DNA of 64,000 nucleotides from Dehalococcoidia bacterium (GTDB lineage Bacteria; Chloroflexota; Dehalococcoidia; JAUQQI01). The notes under the pieces are model-generated. The model was not told the DNA's origin. It ran no database searches and worked only from the letters and a program-made list of their open reading frames with translations. Position numbers and translations under genes: made by a program. The stretch covers positions 20,130-84,129 of the forward strand of contig DAOTYJ010000132.1 in NCBI GenBank assembly GCA_034434875.1, read 5' to 3'. This document shows positions 28,348 through 36,096 of this stretch, one piece after another; the stretch's first letter is position 1; each line of letters begins with the position of its first letter.

Positions 28348-29292
28348 ATGGCCGAGGGGACTCCGCGCAAGGTCTTAGCCCGGCCCAAAATCGCCGAAAG
28401 TGTCCTGGACCTTATCGGCAACACCCCCATGGTCCGGCTCAACCGGCTGCCCAGGCCGGGCTCGGCCACCGTCTACGCCAAGCTGGAATCCCTTAACCCG
28501 GCCGGAAGCGTCAAGGACCGCATCGCCCTGGCCATGGTGGAGGCGGCCGAGCGGGCCGGGATTTTAAAGCCCGGAGACACCATCGTGGAGCCGACCAGCG
28601 GCAACACCGGCATCGGCCTGGCGATGGTGGCCGCCGTAAAGGGCTACCGGCTTATCCTGACGATGCCGGAGGATATGAGCCTCGAGCGGCGACGGCTCCT
28701 CCAGCGGTTCGGGGCGGAGATAATCCTTACCCCGGCCATCGAGGGGATGACCGGGGCGGTTTACGCCGCCCGGGAGCTGGTGGAAAAGTGCGGCTACTTT
28801 ATGCCCCAGCAGTTTGAAAACCCGGCCAACCCCGAGATTCACCGGCAGACGACGGCCCGGGAGATCCTGGAGGCCACCGACGGGAAGGTGGACGCCGTGG
28901 TCATCGGCATCGGCACCGGCGGCACCATAACGGGGGTGGGCGAGGTGCTTAAGCAGGAGGTTCCGGGGGTGCTGGTGGTCGGGGTGGAGCCGGCCAGGGC
29001 CCCGGTGCTGGCCGGGGGCAAGTTCCGGCCCCACGCCATTCAGGGGATGGGGGCCAGCTTCGTGCCCGGGGTGCTCAACCGGGAAGTCATCGACGAGCTC
29101 ATCCACGTCCGGGATGAGGATGCCATCGCCACCGCCGCCCGGCTCACCCGGGAGGAGGGGCTGCTGGTGGGGATATCCTCCGGGGCCAACGTCTTTGCGG
29201 CCCTGCAGGTGGCGGAGCGGCTCGGGGCCGGCAAGGTGGTGGTGACCATCCTGCCCGATACCGGGGAACGCTACCTGACGATGCCATTTTAA
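28348..29292 (+). CDS. cysK: Cysteine synthase A (O-acetylserine sulfhydrylase)
   Basis: PLP lysine motif [29 protein letters not shown]. 314 aa. Confidence 0.9.
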   Translation: MAEGTPRKVLARPKIAESVLDLIGNTPMVRLNRLPRPGSATVYAKLESLNPAGSVKDRIALAMVEAAERAGILKPGDTIVEPTSGNTGIGLAMVAAVKGYRLILTMPEDMSLERRRLLQRFGAEIILTPAIEGMTGAVYAARELVEKCGYFMPQQFENPANPEIHRQTTAREILEATDGKVDAVVIGIGTGGTITGVGEVLKQEVPGVLVVGVEPARAPVLAGGKFRPHAIQGMGASFVPGVLNREVIDELIHVRDEDAIATAARLTREEGLLVGISSGANVFAALQVAERLGAGKVVVTILPDTGERYLTMPF

Positions 29293-29314
29293 CCGACGGA
29301 GGGTGATGGTGAAG

Positions 29315-30409
29315 ATGCCGGTCAACGTCTACATCGGGACGCCCCTGCGGCGGTTCACGGGCAACCAGGCCCGGGTCCAGGTGGAGGCCCGGGATGTGGC
29401 CGAGGCCCTGGACCGGCTTGCGGCCCGGTTTCCCGGGCTTAAGGCCGAGCTTTTCGACGAGGCGGGCCGGCTGCGCCGGTACGTCAACGTCTACGTGAAC
29501 AGCCAGGAGATCGAGGACCTGGCCGGTCCGAATACCCCCGTCCGGGACGGGGATGAGATTGCGGTGGTGCCGGCCCTGGCCGGGGGGGCCGCCCCCCGGA
29601 CCCTCACCCCCGAGCAGGTGATCCGCTACAGCCGGCACATGATCATGCCGGAGATCGGGGGGGCCGGCCAGCGCAAGCTTTTGGGGTCCAGCGTCCTGGT
29701 CATCGGGGCGGGGGGGCTGGGCTCCCCGGCCATTCTCTACCTGGCCGCCGCCGGGGTCGGCCGGATCGGGGTCGTGGACTTCGACGTGGTCGACCTTTCG
29801 AACCTGCAGCGGCAGATCATCCACCACACCGACGACATCGGCCGGCCGAAGGTGGAGTCGGCCCGGGACACCGTCCGACGCCTCAACCCCGATGTCGAGG
29901 TGGTACCCTATAACACCCCCCTTACTTCGGCCAACGCCCTGGATATCATCAAAGACTACGACGTCGTCGTTAACGGCTCGGACAACTTCCCCACCCGCTA
30001 CCTGGTCAACGATGCCTGCGTCCTTCTGAAAAAGCCCCTGGTGGACGCCAGCGTCTTTAAGTTCGACGCCCAGGTCACGGTCTTTATGCCGGGCCGCGGC
30101 TGCTACCGGTGCCTCTACCCGGCCCCGCCGCCCCCCGGGGCGGTGCCCAACTGCGCCGAGGCGGGGGTCTTCGGGGTGGTTACCGGGCTGGTGGGCTGCA
30201 TCCAGGCCACCGAGGCCATAAAGCTGATTCTCGGGCTGGGCGAGCCGTTGGTCGGACGGCTGCTGCTCATCGACACCCTGGCGATGGATTTCCGCACGGT
30301 CAAGATCCGCCGCAACCCCAACTGCCCGGTCTGCGGGGACAACCCCACCATCACCGAGCTCATCGACTACGAAGCCTTCTGCGGCGTGCCCGTGCTCGCC
30401 CAGAGCTGA
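29315..30409 (+). CDS. Fusion of MoaD/ThiS/CysO-like ubiquitin-like sulfur-carrier domain (ends ...PALAGG) to ThiF/MoeB-type E1-like adenylyltransferase
   Basis: N-terminal ~92 aa beta-grasp domain ending in GlyGly. It runs directly into the E1 domain. The E1 has a nucleotide-binding GAGGLGS motif and a C-terminal CxxC...CPVCG zinc motif. No rhodanese domain. Start ambiguous among GTG 29303, ATG 29306 and ATG 29315. The GGAGGG RBS favours 29315. Confidence 0.7.
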   Translation: MPVNVYIGTPLRRFTGNQARVQVEARDVAEALDRLAARFPGLKAELFDEAGRLRRYVNVYVNSQEIEDLAGPNTPVRDGDEIAVVPALAGGAAPRTLTPEQVIRYSRHMIMPEIGGAGQRKLLGSSVLVIGAGGLGSPAILYLAAAGVGRIGVVDFDVVDLSNLQRQIIHHTDDIGRPKVESARDTVRRLNPDVEVVPYNTPLTSANALDIIKDYDVVVNGSDNFPTRYLVNDACVLLKKPLVDASVFKFDAQVTVFMPGRGCYRCLYPAPPPPGAVPNCAEAGVFGVVTGLVGCIQATEAIKLILGLGEPLVGRLLLIDTLAMDFRTVKIRRNPNCPVCGDNPTITELIDYEAFCGVPVLAQS

Positions 30410-30428
30410 AGACCCGGAGAGAAGGACC

Positions 30429-30722
30429 ATGGCGGTTGAAGTTCGGGTTCCGGCGATCCTCCAGTCGGCCGTGGGCGGCCAGAAGGTGCTTAAGGTGGAA
30501 GGCCGCACGGTCGGGGAAATCCTGGACCGGTTGGAACAGCAGTTTCCAGGCATTAAAAAGCTTTTGCTGGACGAGAACGGGGAGATCCGGCGGCACATCA
30601 ACATCTATTTAAACGACGAGGACGTCCGCTTCCTCCAGCGGCTCGATACCCCCGCCCGGGACGGGGACGTCCTTTCCATCCTGCCGGCCCTTGCCGGAGG
30701 CCAGGACCATGCGCTGCGATGA
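30429..30722 (+). CDS. MoaD/CysO-like sulfur-carrier protein with 6-residue extension (QDHALR) after the GlyGly motif
   Basis: 97 aa beta-grasp protein, paralogous to the N-domain of the preceding fusion (both ...DGDxxxxxPALAGG). GGAGAGAAGGA RBS. The 3-prime end overlaps the cysM start. Confidence 0.7.
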   Translation: MAVEVRVPAILQSAVGGQKVLKVEGRTVGEILDRLEQQFPGIKKLLLDENGEIRRHINIYLNDEDVRFLQRLDTPARDGDVLSILPALAGGQDHALR

Positions 30723-31641
30723 CATTCTGGGGGCCATCGGCCGGACGCCCCTGGTGGAGCTTAAGCGGTTCCGGCCGAAGGAAGGGGTTCGCATCTTTGC
30801 CAAGCTCGAGGGCCACAACCCCTCGGGGAGCCTCAAGGACCGGATCGCCAAGTACATGGTCGAGCGGGCCGAGGCCGAGGGCAAGCTCACCCCGGATAAG
30901 GTTGTCCTCGAGCCCACCAGCGGCAACACCGGCATCTCCCTGGCCATGGTCTGCCGGGTGAAGGGCTACCGGCTCAAGGTGGTGATGCCCGAAAACGTAA
31001 GCGTCGAGCGCCGGCAGGTGCTTCAGGCCTTCGGGGCCGAGATAATCCTTACCGACGGCCGCCGGGGCACCAACGGCGCCATCGAGGTGGCCCTCAAGCT
31101 GGCCGAGGACCCCCAGTACTTTATGCCCTACCAGTACGGGAACCTGGCCAACCCCCTGGCCCACTACGAGACCACCGGGCCGGAGATCCTCGAAGACCTG
31201 CCCGACGTCGACGTCTTCGTCGCCGGCCTGGGCACCGGCGGCACCCTGATGGGGGTCGGCCGACGCCTCAAAGAGTACAACCCGAACATCCGGGTGATCG
31301 CCGCCGAACCCCACCCCGGGGAGCAGGTTCAGGGCCTCCGAAGCCTGGAGGAGGGCTTTGTCCCCCCGATTCTCGACCTTAACCTGCTGGACGGCAAGAT
31401 CCTGGTCCGGGCCATCGACTCCTTCCGGCTTACCCGGGAACTGCTTCACCGGGAGGGGATCTTTGCCGGCATCTCCTCCGGGGCGGCCCTCTACGCCGCC
31501 CTTAAATACGCCGAGCGGCTCACCTCGGGCAACATCGTCGTCCTCTTTGCCGACGGCGGCTGGAAGTACCTGTCCAGCGGCGTCTGGACCACCCCGACCG
31601 AAGAGCTGGCCGAGACGGCCGAGAAGGTCATCTGGTGGTAG
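30709..31641 (+). CDS. cysM: CysM-like cysteine synthase (CysO-thiocarboxylate-dependent type by context)
   Basis: PLP lysine motif NPSGSLKDR, TSGNTGISLA, GLGTGGTLMG. The start is either TTG 30691 or ATG 30709. Stop TAG at 31639-31641. Confidence 0.8.
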   Translation: MRCDDILGAIGRTPLVELKRFRPKEGVRIFAKLEGHNPSGSLKDRIAKYMVERAEAEGKLTPDKVVLEPTSGNTGISLAMVCRVKGYRLKVVMPENVSVERRQVLQAFGAEIILTDGRRGTNGAIEVALKLAEDPQYFMPYQYGNLANPLAHYETTGPEILEDLPDVDVFVAGLGTGGTLMGVGRRLKEYNPNIRVIAAEPHPGEQVQGLRSLEEGFVPPILDLNLLDGKILVRAIDSFRLTRELLHREGIFAGISSGAALYAALKYAERLTSGNIVVLFADGGWKYLSSGVWTTPTEELAETAEKVIWW

Positions 31642-31644
31642 CCC

Positions 31645-32739
31645 TTGGAGCGGGAAAGGATTCGGCTTACAACCTTATCCCACGGCGCCGGCTGAGCCTG
31701 CAAGCTGAGTCCTGAGGACCTCGTCGAGGTCCTGAGCCGGGTGCCCTTTTTTGCCGACCCCAACGTCCTGGTCGGCCTCGACCGGCCGGACGACGCCGGG
31801 GTTTACCGTCTTTCGGACGACCTGGCCGTCGTCCAGACGGTCGACTTCTTTACCCCCATCGTGGACGACCCCTATCTTTTCGGCGGCATTGCGGCCGCCA
31901 ACGCCTTAAGCGACATCTACGCGATGGGCGGCCGGCCCCGCTTCGGCCTGAACATCATCGGCTTCCCCGTTAACACCCTGCCCCGGGAGGTGCTGGTGGA
32001 GATCCTGCGGGGCGGGGCCGAGAAGGCCCGGGAGGCCGGGGTTTCGATTATCGGCGGCCACTCCATCGACGACCCGGAGCCCAAGTACGGGCTGGTGGTG
32101 ACCGGAACCGTCCACCCCGAGCGCATCATCACCAAGACGGCCGCCCGCCCCGGCGACCGCCTCTTTCTGACCAAGCCTTTGGGAACGGGCATCATCTCCA
32201 CGGCCATCAAGCGGGAGGTGGCCCCGCCCGAGGCCGTGGCCGAGGCCGTCCGCTGGATGCTCACCCTCAACCGGGACGCCTCGGAGGCGATGGTGGAGGT
32301 GGGGGTGCGGGCGGCCACCGACGTCACCGGCTACGGCCTTCTGGGCCACCTCTACGAGATGGTCCGGGAAAGCCCCCTGGGGGCGGAGGTCTACTTCGAG
32401 GCGGTGCCCCTGATGCCGGCGGTCCGGGAGCTAGCCGAGGCCGGGGTGGTGCCCGGGGGCACCCGCCGAAACCTGGCCTTCGTCTCCGGCACCGAAAAGG
32501 CCGGCCGGCTGCGGGTCGAGTGGGCCGACGCCTTCACCGAGGCCGAAAGGCTCATCCTGGCCGACGCCCAGACCTCGGGCGGCCTGCTCATCGCCGTCGG
32601 GCCGGAGCGGGCCGGGGCCCTTCGGGCCGCCCTGGCCCGGCGGGGGGTGCCCGCCTGGGAGGTGGGCCGGTTTCTGTCCGAGGCCGAGGCGGCCCGGTGG
32701 GCCGTCCGGGTCGTCCGGAGGCGGCCCGAGGGGCCCTAG
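31645..32739 (+). CDS. selD: Selenide, water dikinase (selenophosphate synthetase) SelD, selenocysteine-containing; in-frame TGA (Sec) at 31693-31695
   Basis: The 31741-32739 ORF has the PurM-like SelD fold (DAGVYRL, GGHSIDD). The same frame upstream has no stop back to 31642 except one TGA. It encodes IRLTTLSHGAG-U-ACKLSPEDLVEVL. This aligns residue-for-residue with E. coli SelD IRLTQYSHGAG-C17-GCK20-ISP. Probable TTG start at 31645, 3 nt after the cysM stop. Confidence 0.75.
31712..31736 (+). other. Candidate bacterial SECIS hairpin downstream of the selD UGA
   Basis: Perfect inverted repeat GGACCTC/GAGGTCC (31716-31722 and 31726-31732), extendable with bulges. It starts ~17 nt 3-prime of the UGA. 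Confidence 0.35.
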
Positions 32740-33293
32740 GCCTGGTTCTGGGAAGGGCCGGAGTCCTCGGTCCTGGGCGTGGGCGGAAGGACGGCGATTA
32801 TCTCGTTAAAGACCGTCAGGTTCGGAATGTAGATGAGCCGGCCGTCGTCGGCCCGGATCCGGGTCACCCGGAGCTGGACGTCCTCGATAACCCCCAGGCT
32901 GTCCTTAAGGGCCACCCGGTCGCCGATCTTAAAGGGCCGCTCGATGAGCAGATACAGGCCCACGACCCAGTTGCGCAGAACGTCCTGGAGGGCAATGGAG
33001 ATGGCCAGGCTGAAAAGGCCGACCCCGGCCGCCAGGGCCCCCAGCTCGGTCCCCCAGACCCCCAGGATGACCAGCCCGGCCACCGCCCAGATCCCCCCCT
33101 GGATGATCCGGGCGACCAGGAGGCGGGCGTTGGGCTCGGCCCGGGTCCGGGCCAGCACCTGGTTTACCAGGCCCGAAACCCGCCCGGTAACCAGGTAGGC
33201 GACCCCTAAGATGACCAGGCTTATAAGCAGCCTGACCAGCAGGGCGGTGAGTAAAACCCCTGCCGATTCGAGCTGGGCCGGCTGAAAGACCAT
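32736..33293 (-). CDS. Small-conductance mechanosensitive channel (MscS family)
   Basis: 185 aa protein. Three N-terminal TM helices followed by the MscS beta-domain (IGDRVALKDSLGVIEDVQLRVTRIR). Confidence 0.75.
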   Translation of the reverse strand: MVFQPAQLESAGVLLTALLVRLLISLVILGVAYLVTGRVSGLVNQVLARTRAEPNARLLVARIIQGGIWAVAGLVILGVWGTELGALAAGVGLFSLAISIALQDVLRNWVVGLYLLIERPFKIGDRVALKDSLGVIEDVQLRVTRIRADDGRLIYIPNLTVFNEIIAVLPPTPRTEDSGPSQNQA

Positions 33294-33317
33294 AGGTCCC
33301 CTCCCAAAGCTGGCGGG

Positions 33318-33875
33318 CTAAGGGCGGCCGTCGAGGACCTCCCGCCTGACGACGGCGATGTACGGAAGGTTGCGGTATTTCTGCCGCAGGTCGAGGCCGT
33401 AGCCGACGACGAACTGGTTGGGGATGGTGAAGCCCACGTACCGGACCGGGATGGGAACCAGACGCAGGGCGGGGCGGTCCAGAAGCACGCACACGTGCAG
33501 GCTTGCCGGCCGGCGGGCCTCCAGGGTCCGGAGGATATACCGGAGGGTCAGGCCCGTATCGATGATGTCTTCGACGACCAGGACGTGGCGGCCCTCGATG
33601 TTTTCGTCCAGGTCCTTGGTTATTCGGACGACGCCGCTGGGGCTCTGGGGGGAATAGGAGCTTATCGCCAGAAAGTCTATGCTTATGGGGATGGTAATGT
33701 GCCGGATCAGGTCGGCCAGGAAGAAGACCGTTCCCCGCAAAACCCCCACCAGGACGGGCTCCAGGCCCTCGTAATCCCGGGAGACCTCCGCCCCGAGCTC
33801 GGCGACCCGTCGGCCGATGGTCTCGGCGTCGAGTAGGACCGTAGCGACGACTTCCTGGGCAAAGGTTACGGCCAC
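33318..33875 (-). CDS. hpt: Hypoxanthine phosphoribosyltransferase
   Basis: PRTase motif VLVVEDIIDTGLT and a typical Hpt N-terminus. 185 aa. Confidence 0.85.
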   Translation of the reverse strand: MAVTFAQEVVATVLLDAETIGRRVAELGAEVSRDYEGLEPVLVGVLRGTVFFLADLIRHITIPISIDFLAISSYSPQSPSGVVRITKDLDENIEGRHVLVVEDIIDTGLTLRYILRTLEARRPASLHVCVLLDRPALRLVPIPVRYVGFTIPNQFVVGYGLDLRQKYRNLPYIAVVRREVLDGRP

Positions 33876-33896
33876 TTAAGGGACCCCGCGGCCGGG

Positions 33897-34334
33897 CTAC
33901 TGTTTGGGAGCCGGCGGCCCCGACCCGTTGGTGGGCGGCGAACCGAGCAGCCCCGAGATGCCGTACTTGAGGAAGAGGTTCCGAACATCCCGGGCGTAAA
34001 AGAGCCGGATATTCACCCAGGGGTAAAGCTCCCGGAGCCGCCGGAGCTTCTGGTTTTTCCGGGTTACCAGCCGCTGGCGGAGGGTGGTGAGCTCGACGTA
34101 AAGGTCGAACTCCGGCAGGTAAAAGTCGGGGGTGAAGCTCTGGGTTGGCCGGCCGTGTTCGTCCCAGCGGAGGGGAAACGAGCGGGGCTCGTATTCCCAC
34201 CTGATCTGGTAAAAATCGAGGAGACGGGCAAACTCCGCTTCGGCGACGTGGGCGAAAACGACCCGGCCGTCGGGCGACCTGAGTTCAGCCGGGGCCGGCG
34301 CTTTCCCCTTCCGGTTCTTCCGCTTTCTGGCCAT
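33897..34334 (-). CDS. DUF559 / Vsr-like endonuclease-domain protein (PD-(D/E)xK fold)
   Basis: Core FTPDFYLPEFDLYVELTT resembles the DUF559 motif YIxDFYCPExKLxIELDG. Basic N-terminal tail. Confidence 0.5.
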   Translation of the reverse strand: MARKRKNRKGKAPAPAELRSPDGRVVFAHVAEAEFARLLDFYQIRWEYEPRSFPLRWDEHGRPTQSFTPDFYLPEFDLYVELTTLRQRLVTRKNQKLRRLRELYPWVNIRLFYARDVRNLFLKYGISGLLGSPPTNGSGPPAPKQ

Positions 34335-34411
34335 CTCCCCCCGGTTAAGGGTGCATCCACTTTAAGTTTAGCAGATAATAGATAAAGGAGCCTAAAAAGC
34401 GGGGGTGAAAG

Positions 34412-35926
34412 ATGGAGACGCGGCCGGGCCGGGGCTGGCGGTTCGCCACGGGGGTGTTCGGGGGGCTGGTTTTCGGGCTGACGGTCCTGGGTATCAAGCT
34501 GACGGCCGGGTGGGCAACCCTGCCCGACGTTCTGGTCGAACGGCTGCTGCTGGTCGTCCCCCTCGACCTCTTTTCCCTGGGCATAAGCCTTCTGGGCGGC
34601 TGGGGCAAGGTCGTTTTTTACCTGGGGATGCTCCTGGGCCTGGCCGGGATGGGGGGCCTCGTAAGCCTGGCCCTCGGGCCGGTGGCCTCGTGGGCGGCCG
34701 GCCTCGGGGTTGGGCTTGGGGCCTGGGTCCTGCTGGGGCTGGTGGGGATGCCCCTGCTCGGGGCCGGGCTTTTCGGGGCGGGCCTTCCGGGCGGGGTCTT
34801 CCCGGCCGCCGGCGGCCTGCTGGTTAACTGCCTGGGCTACGGCCTGGGGCTTGGGGCGGCCTGGAAGTTTCTGGGGGCCGCCGAAGCGCCGGCCGCCCCG
34901 GACGTCGGCCGGCGCCGCCTCCTGGCCGGGATCGGGGCCGGGGCCGGCCTGCTGGTGGCCGGCGGGGGCCTCCTGCGCCTGCTCAACCCGGCCGGAAGCC
35001 AGACGGGGGGCGGCTTTATCGGCCCCGCTACCCCCGAAGAGCCGATGCCCCCGGAAATCACCCCCAACGACCGGTTTTACATCGTCTCCAAAAACATCGT
35101 CGACCCGACGGTGGACTTAGTCCGCTGGCGGCTGGAAGTCGGGGGCCTGGTCGACCGGCCCTTTACCCTCCGCTACGACGACCTTCGGCGGCTGCCGGCC
35201 AAAGAGGAGGTTGTAACCTTTGAGTGCATAAGCAATGAGGTCGGGGGCGACCTCATAAGCACCGCCCGCTGGCGGGGGGTTCCCCTGGCCTATCTTCTGG
35301 AGCAGGCCGGAATCCGGGCCGGCGTCCGGAAGGTGGTCATCCGGGCCTGGGACGACTACTCGACGGCCATACCCCTGGAGAAGGCCCGGCATCCCGGTAC
35401 GATCCTGGCCTACGAAATGAACGGGGAGCCCCTCCCCCACAAGCACGGCTTCCCCCTCCGGCTGGTCGCCCCCGGCCTTTACGGGATGAAGAATCCCAAG
35501 TGGGTCACGGCCGTGGAGGCGGTGGATTATGACTATCTAGGTTTCTGGGAACAGCGGGGCTGGAGCGACCGGGCGGTCGTCAAGACCATGTCCGAGATTA
35601 TCGTTCCCAGCCGGACGCTGGCCGTCCGGGGCCCCGGGCCCCTGCGGCTGGGCGGGGTGGCCTTTGCCGGCGACCGGGGGATCCTCCGGGTGGAGCTGAG
35701 CTTTGACGGGGGCCGGACCTGGCGGCCGGCCCGGCTGCGCCCGGCCCTCTCCCCTTACAGCTGGGTGCTCTGGACGGCGGAGTGGGACCCGCCCCCCGGT
35801 AGCTACCGGGTGGTGGTCCGGGCGGTGGACGGGAACGGCGAGGTCCAGGACCCCACCCCCCGGCCGCCCCTCCCCGACGGGGCCTCGGGTTACCACGCCA
35901 TCACCGTCCGGATCCGGGAGGTTTAG
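34412..35926 (+). CDS. Membrane-anchored molybdopterin-dependent oxidoreductase (sulfite oxidase / YedY-MsrP-like Mo-binding domain)
   Basis: N-terminal ~200 aa with multiple Gly-rich TM segments. C-terminal domains are an oxidoreductase molybdopterin-binding domain and a Mo-cofactor dimerisation-like domain (RLVAPGLYGMKNPKWV). Confidence 0.7.
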   Translation: METRPGRGWRFATGVFGGLVFGLTVLGIKLTAGWATLPDVLVERLLLVVPLDLFSLGISLLGGWGKVVFYLGMLLGLAGMGGLVSLALGPVASWAAGLGVGLGAWVLLGLVGMPLLGAGLFGAGLPGGVFPAAGGLLVNCLGYGLGLGAAWKFLGAAEAPAAPDVGRRRLLAGIGAGAGLLVAGGGLLRLLNPAGSQTGGGFIGPATPEEPMPPEITPNDRFYIVSKNIVDPTVDLVRWRLEVGGLVDRPFTLRYDDLRRLPAKEEVVTFECISNEVGGDLISTARWRGVPLAYLLEQAGIRAGVRKVVIRAWDDYSTAIPLEKARHPGTILAYEMNGEPLPHKHGFPLRLVAPGLYGMKNPKWVTAVEAVDYDYLGFWEQRGWSDRAVVKTMSEIIVPSRTLAVRGPGPLRLGGVAFAGDRGILRVELSFDGGRTWRPARLRPALSPYSWVLWTAEWDPPPGSYRVVVRAVDGNGEVQDPTPRPPLPDGASGYHAITVRIREV

Positions 35927-36096
35927 GCCCGGCGGTTTCTCAGCCGGCGGGCCAGCCGGTTTAGATACCGCCAGCCCAGCAGGAGCCACCAGAGGAGCTC
36001 CCATTTGAGGCGGGTGCGAATCCTTCCGGGACCCACGGCAGGTCAGCTCCCCTCCGGTTATACACCGGCGGGGACGGGTTATAATCCTGGGTAAAG

